Numbered from the stretch's first letter, positions 1 to 9,621 are shown. The stretch is DNA of 49,497 nucleotides from Minisyncoccota bacterium (GCA_009885085.1 VFLK01000013.1:1-49497), one strand, 5' to 3'. Notes: generated by a model from the letters alone, not told the origin. Numbers and translations are program-made.

Positions 1-781
1 AAATATTTTTCGCGCTGGCTGTTGCAATCGAAACGATTTCAGGAGGGAACTTAGCGAAAAACTCTCTTTCTCTAAGGTACATTTCTTGCTCCCATTCAGA
101 TAAAATTTGTTTTTTTCGATAAGAAATGTCTTGCAAAGTATCAAGGGAGTTCATTGTAGAGATGTCTAATAATACTTCTCTTTGTTTAGAGATTAGGATC
201 ACCTCACTACTGTCTGGTGACCAAATAAATTTGGCAATTTCCAAATCAAATCCCGGAGAATCTCCGGCAATTTGTTTGGCTTCTTTTTGAAAGGATAATG
301 GATTATTGACTAGTTCTAAGAGATACAAACCATTCTTTCTCTCTGAAGAATTTGAGTTAGAATAAAAAATAATTTTCTGTCCATCTGGTGACGGTGAAAG
401 ATTTTCTGCGCCTGAGAAAGTTAAAGTGCTAAGACTTGGAGCTTTTGGAAAAAGGACGGCATTTGTTTGAACCACCAGCTCCTTTTCAATTTTTATATTT
501 TTTGTCCAAGATGTGTAGCCATCTTTTTCAATTTTAATGTTATAGTTTCCTGGTTCAAGATAAACAGTATCGTCAGTAGCTGTGATAAGCTTGTCATCAA
601 TCAAGACTTCTGCCGCGGTTGGGAATGAGTTTGCAGCTAATAGGCCAGTGCCTTGAATAAAGCCTTCTGGAGTGACTCGGAATCCTCCTTTGGCATACTG
701 AATGGCAATTGCGGTACCAACCAAGATAACAAATGCGGATAATGCAGTATAAATAAAACGTTTGTTGACCCCGGTCATCAT
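1..781 (-). CDS. PEGA-domain membrane protein with TolB/WD40-like repeats (3'-truncated by window edge)
   Basis: Manual translation MMTGVNKRFIYTALSAFVILVGTAIAIQYAKGGFR...GLLAANSFPTAAEVLIDDK...LEPGNYNIKIEKDGYTSWTK (PEGA pattern), then SPSPDGQKIIF and IWSPDSSEV. Not in the ORF track because it runs off the edge. Confidence 0.75.
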   Translation of the reverse strand, partial: MMTGVNKRFIYTALSAFVILVGTAIAIQYAKGGFRVTPEGFIQGTGLLAANSFPTAAEVLIDDKLITATDDTVYLEPGNYNIKIEKDGYTSWTKNIKIEKELVVQTNAVLFPKAPSLSTLTFSGAENLSPSPDGQKIIFYSNSNSSERKNGLYLLELVNNPLSFQKEAKQIAGDSPGFDLEIAKFIWSPDSSEVILISKQREVLLDISTMNSLDTLQDISYRKKQILSEWEQEMYLREREFFAKFPPEIVSIATASAKNI

Positions 782-817
782 ATCTGTATTATATAGCTAA
801 GTCACAAAAGAATCTAA

Positions 818-1861
818 ATGAAAATACCACTTCTATCTAAAATAAATAAAAAAATCGGTTTGGATTTGGGAAGTAAAACAACTCGAATTTGGATTGAGGG
901 AAAGGGTGTCGTTTTTCAAGGACCTACCTGCATGGCTGTTGATACTTTAAAAGGAACTGGCGAGAGTGATAGAAACATTATCGCCGTTGGTGCCGAAGCA
1001 TTGGAAATGGAAGGAAGAGTGGGAAATCATATCAAAGTGATTTTTCCAGTTAGAAATGGTGAGATTTATGATGACAGAGCAATAAAATCTTATCTAAAAA
1101 TTTTGTTGAACAAGTGGGTTGGCTCAACCTTGATGTTAAACCCAATCATTATGGTCAGCGTACCTGCCTCGTCATCTCAGGCAGACAGAGAAATCATAAC
1201 GGAAATAATTTATGATTTGGGCGCAGCCGAAGTTTATACCATTGCTCAGCCGTTGGCAGCAAGTATTGGCGCTGGTGTTCCAATAGCGGATGCATCTGGG
1301 AGTTTTTTCTTACATTTAGGAGAAGGTGTTGTAGAAGGAGTAGTTATTTCATTGGGTAGCATAATTGCCTTAGTTTCAAACGAGTTGGGAGGGGAATATT
1401 TTTCGAATAGAATAATATTTTTTTTAAAAGAGAATTTTTCACTAAATATCAGCAAATCTGCATCTGAACAAATAATTCGTGAAATTGTTTCTGTTAACAA
1501 AAGAAATTCCAGGGAAAAGATGATCGGAGGTCAAGATAGCAAAACTGAAAGTCCAAAAGAGATTATGATAAGTTCTGCTGATCTAATGTCAGAAACACTC
1601 AATTTGATGAATAAAACTGAAGAGTTACTTAGAAATTTGTTGTCAAAAATGCCTCCAGAACTTACTGTTGATGTAATCGACAAAGGCTTACTCATATCTG
1701 GTGGTTTGGCCAACATAAACAGCATCGAAGACTATTTTGTTGAGAGATTGGGAATTCCGGTGACCGTTGTAGATAATCCTGAAAGCGTTGTGATCGAAGG
1801 TATTGGAACAGCACTAGAACATCTAGATCAATTCAAAACAAGTTTGGGCTATGGCGAGTAA
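818..1861 (+). CDS. mreB: MreB/Mbl-family rod-shape actin homologue (divergent)
   Basis: IGLDLGS, FPVRNGEI, PLAASIGAG, PPELTVDVIDKGLLISGG, V..GIG motifs. Confidence 0.8.
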   Translation: MKIPLLSKINKKIGLDLGSKTTRIWIEGKGVVFQGPTCMAVDTLKGTGESDRNIIAVGAEALEMEGRVGNHIKVIFPVRNGEIYDDRAIKSYLKILLNKWVGSTLMLNPIIMVSVPASSSQADREIITEIIYDLGAAEVYTIAQPLAASIGAGVPIADASGSFFLHLGEGVVEGVVISLGSIIALVSNELGGEYFSNRIIFFLKENFSLNISKSASEQIIREIVSVNKRNSREKMIGGQDSKTESPKEIMISSADLMSETLNLMNKTEELLRNLLSKMPPELTVDVIDKGLLISGGLANINSIEDYFVERLGIPVTVVDNPESVVIEGIGTALEHLDQFKTSLGYGE

Positions 1862-4800
1862 TTATTTTGAGTAGAGAACAAATTTTTTAAATTGGTCGCC
1901 TCTATCTTGATAATCTTTAAAGTGTCCAAAACTTGCGGCAGCTGGACTCAACAAAACAACATCTCCGCTTACGGCAAAAGATTTGGCTACAGCAACTGCT
2001 TCTTTCATATCTCCTACCAAAGTGAAGCTTATCTCTCGCTCGTAAGTTGGCTCTAGAGCTTTAATTTCTTCTAGAATTTTTTCTCCTGTATCTGGAAGCA
2101 GGATTAAGTGCTTAATATTGCTCTCAAGCAGGGACTTTGCCAACTCATCAAATTTAAGATTCCTAATGTGACCGCCTGCAATTAAAATTATTGGTGAGTT
2201 ATTGAAACTATTAATAGCAGCAATGCAAGACTTAGGAGTAGTCGACAGCGAGTCATTAACATAGAGAATTTTATTGGTGCTACTGACAATTTCAAGTCGA
2301 TGAGGTAGCGTTTTGAATGTTTTTAAACTTCGATTTATATCTGCTGTTCTGCAACCAAGCTCTTTTGCAATGATAATGCTAGGAATTGAGTTCAAAATAT
2401 TGTGTTTTCCAATTACTGGAAGCTGATCAAGATCAATAATTGATTCATTTCGATAAATAATCGAGTTATTTGAAACATTATTCTCAATGTTAAAGGTTAT
2501 TTGTTCGGCATTTCCAAGATTTGCCAGCTTAGTTGGGAGCTTTTGCTTGTCATTAAAAATTACAAGATCGGTATCGGTTTGGAATCTAGAAATTTGAGAT
2601 TTTGCTTGAACATATTCGTCAAATGAATCGTAATAATCTAGATGCTCTGGAGAAATATCCAAAATGACGGCGATAGATGGACTGAATTTAAGATCGCTTA
2701 GTTGATGCGATGACATTTCAAGGATTACAGTAATTGGCTTGTCAATAAATTCAGTTTCTCCTTCATCTTTTAAAACTTTAGAAATTTTAGTCCAAAGAGA
2801 TAGGGGAGGAATACCAATATTTCCGCCAAAAAAAGTTTTAAAACCACAGTCAGTTAAAACATGATTGATCATTGAAGTTGTGGTGCTTTTTCCCTTTGTC
2901 CCAGTGACGCCGATGGTTTTAATTAAATGAGAATCGCCATTCTTGGCAGAATTTATGGTTTCTAAAAGTTCAAAGAAAATGTTTGTGCTTGAAGTGAATT
3001 GCGCTTTAATTTTTTGGGCTTGCAAAATCAGAGGATTTTTTGGAGACAGTCCGGGTGATTTAATTGCCAAGATTTTATTTTTGTCAGTGTTATTTAATTT
3101 AAACTCTTTTCCTTTGGAGAGGCCTTCAATTTCGGTTGCGAACATTACATTGTCGTCGTTTTCTTTAATTTTTTGCCAGTCACTTCCTAGTTCTGAAAGT
3201 TTTTTTTCGTCTATAAGAAATAATTTTTTATTTGGAAAATTCTCACGTAAAAATTTGTAAATTGATAATCCTTCTCTTCCGAGACCAAGAATAAGAATCT
3301 TCTTAGATTCCATTGTATGAAGGAAATTTTCTAGCTTTTGATTGTCTGAATTGCCCCAGTGTAATTTTCTGTTGGAACTTAGTTCTGATCTTTGTGTTAG
3401 AGAGTCATTTTGTGGTTCGTTGTCTATCTTTTTTGGCTTTTGTTTTAGGGTACTTTCTTTCGTTTCTCGATGGCCTAGATCGGTCTCTTTTACTTCGCTA
3501 TTCTCCTTTATCGCCATATATTTTTTAAGTAATTTTGAAAATTGGTCTGGAACTGAGTTGTCTTCATTCCAAGCATTTAAGATATCGCTAGTTCTATTTT
3601 CTAGATTGGTCTCATGAATAATTATATTTTGATAAACTTTTTCGAGCAAAGCAGGAAATTTTTGGTTTTTATCCAAATATTTTTTTGCAGCTAGATAAAA
3701 GGCAACGATTGTTTCTTCGTGAGTGCCGACACATTCTAAAGGTTTTTTTGCACCAACTCCAAGCAATTCTTGAGCGATTGTCCAGAGCTTTTCATCATCC
3801 AAAATATCTTTGCCAAAGTAGGAATGTATTTTTTCGTCATCCACAAAGGGGTGAATAATAACGTAAGCGAACAAACACTTAGAACACTCTCCGCACCATG
3901 AGTTAGTTTTTTGACCTCGGTTGCAGCTCCTAAAAACTTGGTGATATTTATTCATTCCTGAGGTAAATTTAGAATTTCCTGAGAATATTTTAGCAATTTG
4001 TAGCTCATACAACGGTCTTAGAAAAGAAAAATAAAGTGGTGCGCTTTCTGGTAAATATTTTTTAACATATTTTTGGAAGTCAGTTTCAAACTCATATGTT
4101 TTTGAGTACTGATGATTAATTTCTCGGTCACAGAATTGAACGTTGCCTTCATTTGAGCTTCTTTCATTCGAAATTGCAACATGGGTGTAGCCAAAAAGAT
4201 CTGCTACAAAGACACTTAAAAAGGCAAAAAATGATGAAATAGGCACATGGCCGTTTAAATAGCCGAGATTGTTTAGATCAATTAGTCCAGAATCGATTGT
4301 TCTTTTAACTTCAATTTTTTCAAGTTTGTTTGATTGTAAATCGGTTGAAACTGAATTTTTCAATGCTAAATCGTCCAAAGCTGAATTTTCTTTTGCTGAA
4401 ATTAAATCTAGCGCAGCCTGAGTTGGACTGACTACGAAAGTTCCAACCTGAATTATGTCCTGTCCCTTGGCGCTACCAGGACTATTAGAGTTTCCAGAGT
4501 TACTTAAGATTTCTAAGGTGACCGAGGAATCTTTGCCTCCGCCGATTGGAATCAGAATTTTTGTGTCTCTATCCACAGCCCGGTGGTTTCCCCCCAAAGC
4601 ATTTGTGATCTGTCCAGCTGTAGAATTTTGGTTGCCCACAGCTTCTTGGTTGGCCGAGGAGTCATGGTTCTGTTTGGAAACAATCTTTACAAAATCATCA
4701 GCTGTGAACTTAATGTTATTTACAAAAAAATACTCACCCATACCTTTGATCAAGAGTTTATGCCACCATTCAATTTGTTCTTGATTGAGATCTCCTGCCA

Positions 4801-5086
4801 AGATTTCAATATTAGAAGAGGCAGTACTTTTCCAGTAACTAAACATTTCCGCCATGCCAATATTAAAAATGTAGGTGTCAATGCTATTTGATCCCTGATC
4901 ATCAATCATTTTTTGAGTGACGTTTTTAACGAGCAGAGTAGGGGAAAAATAAATGTCAGGTTCAATTTTATATAGAAATTTAATTTCTAAACCTGAATTT
5001 TTTTCATCATCGGACAACAATTTCCAAGAATATTTCTCAAATTTAAAACTATTATGTTTCTCTCTAAGTTCTTCAAAAGTTGGCAT
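1862..5086 (-). CDS. murL-murD: Fusion of MurL (UDP-MurNAc-L-Ala-L-Glu epimerase) and MurD-type ligase
   Basis: N-half: GGGKDS PP-loop, NGHVPIS, SNERSSNEGN, NHQYSK, FRSCN, WCGECSKC. C-half: ILGLGREG, KSPG, GVTGTKGKSTT, GGNIG, LEMSSHQL, HLDYY, HRLE, NDSLSTTP, LLSPAAASF..FKDYQDRG. Confidence 0.85.
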   Translation of the reverse strand: MPTFEELREKHNSFKFEKYSWKLLSDDEKNSGLEIKFLYKIEPDIYFSPTLLVKNVTQKMIDDQGSNSIDTYIFNIGMAEMFSYWKSTASSNIEILAGDLNQEQIEWWHKLLIKGMGEYFFVNNIKFTADDFVKIVSKQNHDSSANQEAVGNQNSTAGQITNALGGNHRAVDRDTKILIPIGGGKDSSVTLEILSNSGNSNSPGSAKGQDIIQVGTFVVSPTQAALDLISAKENSALDDLALKNSVSTDLQSNKLEKIEVKRTIDSGLIDLNNLGYLNGHVPISSFFAFLSVFVADLFGYTHVAISNERSSNEGNVQFCDREINHQYSKTYEFETDFQKYVKKYLPESAPLYFSFLRPLYELQIAKIFSGNSKFTSGMNKYHQVFRSCNRGQKTNSWCGECSKCLFAYVIIHPFVDDEKIHSYFGKDILDDEKLWTIAQELLGVGAKKPLECVGTHEETIVAFYLAAKKYLDKNQKFPALLEKVYQNIIIHETNLENRTSDILNAWNEDNSVPDQFSKLLKKYMAIKENSEVKETDLGHRETKESTLKQKPKKIDNEPQNDSLTQRSELSSNRKLHWGNSDNQKLENFLHTMESKKILILGLGREGLSIYKFLRENFPNKKLFLIDEKKLSELGSDWQKIKENDDNVMFATEIEGLSKGKEFKLNNTDKNKILAIKSPGLSPKNPLILQAQKIKAQFTSSTNIFFELLETINSAKNGDSHLIKTIGVTGTKGKSTTTSMINHVLTDCGFKTFFGGNIGIPPLSLWTKISKVLKDEGETEFIDKPITVILEMSSHQLSDLKFSPSIAVILDISPEHLDYYDSFDEYVQAKSQISRFQTDTDLVIFNDKQKLPTKLANLGNAEQITFNIENNVSNNSIIYRNESIIDLDQLPVIGKHNILNSIPSIIIAKELGCRTADINRSLKTFKTLPHRLEIVSSTNKILYVNDSLSTTPKSCIAAINSFNNSPIILIAGGHIRNLKFDELAKSLLESNIKHLILLPDTGEKILEEIKALEPTYEREISFTLVGDMKEAVAVAKSFAVSGDVVLLSPAAASFGHFKDYQDRGDQFKKFVLYSK

Positions 5087-5623
5087 GAATTTATTATAAC
5101 TTACTAAGGTCTTTTGTGTTTTGTCTTATTTGGAGTATGAGAAATCAAATTTGTAAACATATTATGACAAAAAGTTGCATTAGAGTCATTAAAATTTATT
5201 TACATTTTTTTTAGACAAATGTTCGGGTTTTGTCCAAAAAATGATCAAACTTTTTGTTTGCTGGGGGAGGGGTCTTGAGAAAATATTCTTTCTCAAGACA
5301 AAAGTTGTTCAATAAGGGTTTGAGCTAAAAATCACATCTTGAAGGTGATCACATAATGTATGGATTTTTTGTTTTTAAGTTTCGCAATATAGAACAAACT
5401 TAGTGTTCAGTACAAAAAACACGAAAATATAACGAATGTTAATACTTTTTATAAAATATTGTTGTATACTTAAATTTGATAAATTAAAACTAAAATTGTC
5501 AATTATTTGTAAAAAATGATGATTTTAGGCAAATCTTATAATTATTGATCAACTATATCAAAAGTAAGCTTTTTAACGGGTGTTGTATGGTAAGCGGGAC
5601 AGAATGATGATAATTGCAAAAAT

Positions 5624-6478
5624 ATGAAAAAGAGTGACATGACAACTAATTTATTTGGTTATGAAATATTTGGCAAAGAATATGATTCACTGCTAAATAT
5701 TTTAAATTTACACTTAAAAACTAAAGGCAAGACGCTTTCCGTTTTTACTCCCAACTCGGAGCAAATTGTTTTGGCCAAAAAGCAAAAAAGATTCGCTAAC
5801 TATTTGGGTTTTGCTGACTTTTTGATTCCTGATGGCGTGGGGCTGCTTTTTGCCGCTAAGATTTTGGCTTTTTTCAAAGGAACAAACAAAGGTAATGATA
5901 AACAGAATACTAGTCAGCAAGAAATTGTTCAACGAATCACGGGAATTGATTTAACAAAAGATTTATTAAAAATTGCAAAAAAAGATGACTTGAAAGTTTT
6001 AATTGTTGGCGGAAGAGGTTATGAGGGCAGGGAATATGATGGTCAAACAGTAAAAATTTTAAGTTTAGATAGTAATGGTAAGAGAAAATCTGCTGAGGAT
6101 GATTTAAAAACAATATGGTGGGCCGAAGGTTATAACAAGATTTATAGTCCAACAGACGGTGAGAGCAAATCGATAATTTCGACAATTATAGAACTACAAC
6201 CAGATCTGGTCTTTGTTGCCTTTGGCGCTCCTAATCAAGAAAAGTGGATTGTCGAGAATTTTGATTTGTTAAACGATTCTGGGGTTTCAATAGTAGTTGC
6301 CGTGGGAGGAAGCTTCGATGTGCTCTTAGGAAAGGTGCCCAGAGCTCCTAAATTAATGCAAAATCTGGGTTTAGAGTGGTTGTATAGACTGATAGTCGAA
6401 CCATGGAGATGGCGTAGACAAATGAGCCTTTTAGAGTTTATTGGATTAGTAATTAAAGAAATTTTTACTCTTCAGTAA
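5624..6478 (+). CDS. WecB/TagA/CpsF family glycosyltransferase
   Basis: TPNSE, IPDGVG, RITGIDL, VAFGAPNQEKWI, VGGSFDV, RAP...GLEWLYRL..EPWRWRR. Confidence 0.9.
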   Translation: MKKSDMTTNLFGYEIFGKEYDSLLNILNLHLKTKGKTLSVFTPNSEQIVLAKKQKRFANYLGFADFLIPDGVGLLFAAKILAFFKGTNKGNDKQNTSQQEIVQRITGIDLTKDLLKIAKKDDLKVLIVGGRGYEGREYDGQTVKILSLDSNGKRKSAEDDLKTIWWAEGYNKIYSPTDGESKSIISTIIELQPDLVFVAFGAPNQEKWIVENFDLLNDSGVSIVVAVGGSFDVLLGKVPRAPKLMQNLGLEWLYRLIVEPWRWRRQMSLLEFIGLVIKEIFTLQ

Positions 6479-6737
6479 CGCCTAGTAACCAAAGCACTGC
6501 TTCTTTCTTATATCTTCTGTCACCTCTAGAATTGATTCTGATTGCAGGAAGTTTTCCTCTTTTTCCCCATCTTTTGATTGTTAAAGGTGAAACTCTGAGT
6601 AAGTCTGCAACTTCTCTGACAGTTAGTAGATCAGGAAGATTTTTGATATCTAGTTTGCTGGCATCATCAGCTCTTCCAGTTCTTTTGTCGTCCACTTCGT
6701 TAGTAGTGTTGGTATTTGCTGAAACTTGATCATTCAT
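6465..6737 (-). CDS. Excisionase-type helix-turn-helix DNA-binding protein (HTH_17/MerR-like)
   Basis: LLTVREVADLLRVSPLTIKRWGKRGKLPAIRINSRGDRRY; ATG at 6737 preferred over the upstream start in the ORF track. Confidence 0.8.
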   Translation of the reverse strand: MNDQVSANTNTTNEVDDKRTGRADDASKLDIKNLPDLLTVREVADLLRVSPLTIKRWGKRGKLPAIRINSRGDRRYKKEAVLWLLGVTEE

Positions 6738-6943
6738 TTTAGACAGTCCTTTATGGTTTTTATAAGCAGGCCCATTTTTTTGGACCAAATTAAATACATT
6801 TTGAGCAAAACTAGATACTTTCTGCTCAAAGCATACCGGTGAAAAGTAGCTCAAATGTAAGCTTTGCTATTAATAAAGTAGCAGAGTGTGATGAACTAGG
6901 TCAATAGGGAATTTGGATTTAAAAGGTTTCTATGTTGCAATGA

Positions 6944-6981
6944 TTGACATTTTGAATTCTAAAGACTAGACTAAGTTTAGT
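6944..6981 (+). promoter_or_regulatory. Sigma70 promoter of the phd-vapC operon with overlapping palindrome
   Basis: TTGACA (6944-6949), 17 bp, TAGACT (6967-6972); ACTAA-gt-TTAGT inverted repeat overlapping the -10. Confidence 0.6.
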
Positions 6982-7005
6982 TAGGAAAAATGGGGAACTA
7001 TATTT

Positions 7006-7257
7006 ATGACAATTACCAATATGTACCAGGCAAAAACTCAGCTATCAGCATTGGTAGATAGTGCTTTGTCTGGAGAGGAAGTTATTATTGCTCGCGCAGG
7101 TAAGCTTCTCGTAAGGTTAGTGCCTTACAATCCAAGTATGAAACCAAGAGTGCCGGGTTTGCTTAAAGGAAAAATACAGATGTCAGATGATTTTGATGAT
7201 GAATCTGAAGAAATAGAAAAACTTTTCTATGAGGGTGGGATTACAAACAATGATTAA
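7006..7257 (+). CDS. Type II TA antitoxin, Phd/YefM family
   Basis: NMYQAKTQLSALVD.A..GEEVIIARAGK..VRLVP...R.PG.LKG.I...DDFD. Confidence 0.9.
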   Translation: MTITNMYQAKTQLSALVDSALSGEEVIIARAGKLLVRLVPYNPSMKPRVPGLLKGKIQMSDDFDDESEEIEKLFYEGGITNND

Positions 7258-7657
7258 AAAATACCTTTTAGACACTCACATTTTAATTTGGTGGCTTGCT
7301 GATGATTCAAGATTAAGTCAAAAAGTTAGAGATATACTGGAAAATCCTGATAACTTTATCTTTGTCAGTGTGGTAAATGCATGGGAAATGAGTATTAAAC
7401 TTAAGACAGACAGTAATCAATTAGCTCAAGGTAAAAAACTTAAGTTGTCTATTGGCTTGCAGGAGTGTTTTTTAAAAACTGGTTTTGAAGTTTTGCCAAT
7501 AAAATTGGAACATGCGTTTGCAATAAAGGAGCTGTCGACAATTCATAAAGATCCGTTTGATAGAATGTTAATTGCTCAGGCAATTTCAGAGGAGTGTGTG
7601 TTGATTTCTGCAGATAAGAAAATTGGACGATATCCCGAAGTTACTGTTGTAGAGTAG
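7250..7657 (+). CDS. vapC: Type II TA toxin, PIN-domain VapC family
   Basis: LLDTHILIWW, VSVVNAWE, HKDPFDRMLIAQA..E...LISAD; ATG at 7250 overlaps the antitoxin end. Confidence 0.9.
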   Translation: MIKKYLLDTHILIWWLADDSRLSQKVRDILENPDNFIFVSVVNAWEMSIKLKTDSNQLAQGKKLKLSIGLQECFLKTGFEVLPIKLEHAFAIKELSTIHKDPFDRMLIAQAISEECVLISADKKIGRYPEVTVVE

Positions 7658-7725
7658 AAATTAAGAAAATTGATTACAGTATAAAAATCCCCGCCAAGTT
7701 TTCAACCTGGGGTTTCCTATAAAAC

Positions 7726-7752
7726 AAAAAGAGCCCCTCGCGGGGCTCCTTT
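7726..7752 (-). terminator. Intrinsic terminator of rplJ-rplL (possibly bidirectional)
   Basis: AAAAA-GAGCCCC-tcgc-GGGGCTC hairpin between convergent vapC and rplL. Confidence 0.8.
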
Positions 7753-7770
7753 AATAAATTTAATTAAAAA

Positions 7771-8169
7771 TTATTTTACCTCAACAACACAACCTGCTGC
7801 TTCGAGATCTTTTTGAGCTTTTTGAGCGTCTTCTTTCTTAGCACCTTCCAAAACTGTTTTTGGAGCTGACTCTACGAAAGCTTTTGCTTCTCCTAAACCT
7901 AATTCTGGTTTAAGAACTCTTACTGCTTTAATAGCAGCAATTTTGTTTGAACCGGCATCTTTTAAGATTACGTCAAACTCAGTTTGCTCTTCAACTGCTT
8001 CTGCTGGAGCGGCTGCTGCTGCACCCATCATCATAGGAGCTGCTGCACTTACACCAAATTCATCTTCCAAAGCTTTTACGAGCTCTGAAACTTCAATTAA
8101 GGATAATTCCTTAACTGCATCTACTAATTTTTGCACTTTAGCTGAGAGTGCTTTTGTTTCTTCTGACAT
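7771..8169 (-). CDS. rplL: 50S ribosomal protein L7/L12
   Basis: [46 protein letters not shown]. Confidence 0.97.
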   Translation of the reverse strand: MSEETKALSAKVQKLVDAVKELSLIEVSELVKALEDEFGVSAAAPMMMGAAAAAPAEAVEEQTEFDVILKDAGSNKIAAIKAVRVLKPELGLGEAKAFVESAPKTVLEGAKKEDAQKAQKDLEAAGCVVEVK

Positions 8170-8237
8170 ATGTCCCTTTCTTACTTGGTTTGTTGGTCAG
8201 TCTATTACTACTTATGCCTTTGATAGGCTGCTAATTT

Positions 8238-8741
8238 TTACTTTTTATCTACGATTGCTTGTAATGCGTAAACCAGATTTCTTGGTCCTGCCTTAAGAAC
8301 ATTGACCAATCCAGTTGCTGGGCTTTGGAGTCTGTTAATAAGCATAGAAATGAGTTCGTTCTTGCTTGGAAGTTTGCTCAATGACATAACTTCATCAGCT
8401 GAAAGGACTTTATCATCCATAAATCCCTGTTTGATTTCCAATTTACTTACATCTTTTTGGAAGTTAAATAAAGATTTGATGGCAGCGACTGCATCTTGGT
8501 ATGAAAAAACGATTGCGTTCATTCCTTCAAGAGAATCAGTGAGTTTTCCTTTACCAACTGCGATGTCGATTAATGTATTCTTTGCAACTAGAACTTCGCC
8601 ACCGGCTAGGGTAACTTCAGATCTTAGTTTGACTTGATCATTTGCTGTTGTTCCTGAGTAATCAACGATAGCTATAGATTTAGCTTTTGCGATTTTCTCT
8701 TTTAAAAGCTCGACTTGTTTCAAGTTTTTTGCGTTTGGCAT
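8238..8741 (-). CDS. rplJ: 50S ribosomal protein L10
   Basis: [23 protein letters not shown]; upstream of rplL; start MPNAK at 8741. Confidence 0.95.
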   Translation of the reverse strand: MPNAKNLKQVELLKEKIAKAKSIAIVDYSGTTANDQVKLRSEVTLAGGEVLVAKNTLIDIAVGKGKLTDSLEGMNAIVFSYQDAVAAIKSLFNFQKDVSKLEIKQGFMDDKVLSADEVMSLSKLPSKNELISMLINRLQSPATGLVNVLKAGPRNLVYALQAIVDKK

Positions 8742-8921
8742 AATTTTTTTCGCGGGGAAGCAACTTATTTTACCTCGAGCGCGCCTTCTTTTTAAATACA
8801 AAATAATTCTAATTTTTGTTAGCCAAAGTTCAAGAGGGAAGAGAGAATAATTTTTGAGTGATTAAAGTTGCTCGGTAAATTACTTGGTAATTTGCGATTG
8901 TTTTAAAACTCAAATTTAATT

Positions 8922-8975
8922 GTCTTTTGCCTCGGCGTGACTTATTTTTGTATTTGCACGCTGTCTTTGGATGAC
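8922..8975 (-). promoter_or_regulatory. L10 leader (rplJL autoregulatory RNA)
   Basis: Minus strand reads CCAAAGACAGCGTG-loop-CACGCCGAGGC, matching the L10_leader kink-turn pattern (CC.AAGACAG....loop....CCGAGG); TTGTAT/GATAAT promoter just upstream at ~8984-9011. Confidence 0.75.
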
Positions 8976-9065
8976 AGGAAGGAATTATCTCAATTATTTA
9001 TAAAAATACAAGTATCAATCAAGGTCTAGTTGTTTTTTAATCTGGATTTACATAATCATTACGCA

Positions 9066-9250
9066 TTGCAATCCGCCTGGAGATAACTTATGATTCATCT
9101 TGAATGAAAAGTAAATTTACATACCGCACCAGCAATCATATTTGTCTTATTCAATCAATTAAGATTCAAGGGGTTAGTGTGTTTATATGCTAAATAGAAA
9201 TAAAAAATAAAAAAAACACACAACCTCTCAAAAAAACGAGAGGTTTTTTT
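9066..9250 (+). promoter_or_regulatory. Promoter + 29-aa leader ORF + antiterminator/terminator (attenuator 1)
   Basis: TTGCAA-17-TATGAT; ORF 9104-9193 MKSKFTYRTSNHICLIQSIKIQGVSVFIC; 9169-9184 complementary to 9214-9228; terminator AACCTCTC-loop-GAGAGGTT+T5 at 9222-9250. Confidence 0.6.
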
Positions 9251-9483
9251 ATGAAAATATGTGCGCAAATTAAAGAAAAACTAAAGAATATGAAGTTATA
9301 TTATCGAAGAAAGGATCTATGAACACAGGGTTGGCTGTATTGCCATATAGTAGAAAAGCATTGGAAACATTGGCGGAAACATTAAAGATTCATCGCTCAA
9401 TGGTCTGGTTGGATCCTGTCACCAATAGAATTAGTATTAAGAAATTTGATTTATCAGACAAAGAACTTGACGCTCAACCATAG
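9251..9483 (+). pseudogene. Small ORF pair or single frameshifted ~77-aa ORF of unknown function
   Basis: 9251-9322 (23 aa) overlaps 9319-9483 (54 aa, MNTGLAVLPYSRKALETLAETLKIHRSMVWLDPVTNRISIKKFDLSDKELDAQP) via ATGA; one extra A in the run at ~9276-9280 would fuse them. Confidence 0.35.
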
Positions 9484-9533
9484 TAGGGGATAGTAAGAAA
9501 TGACTAGTATTTATTGTGATAGAATATATCTTA

Positions 9534-9587
9534 ATGTATCAAAAACTGATAGTTACCGCTACTTCAACAACTACAAACCCTGTTTAG
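9534..9587 (+). CDS. Thr-rich leader peptide of thrS attenuator
   Basis: MYQKLIVTATSTTTNPV*, with 5 Thr in 7 consecutive codons; extended -10 TGaTAGAAT 8 nt upstream. Confidence 0.8.
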   Translation: MYQKLIVTATSTTTNPV

Positions 9588-9621
9588 GGAGTTGAGGTGA
9601 TTGTGTTTAAAACATAAAACC

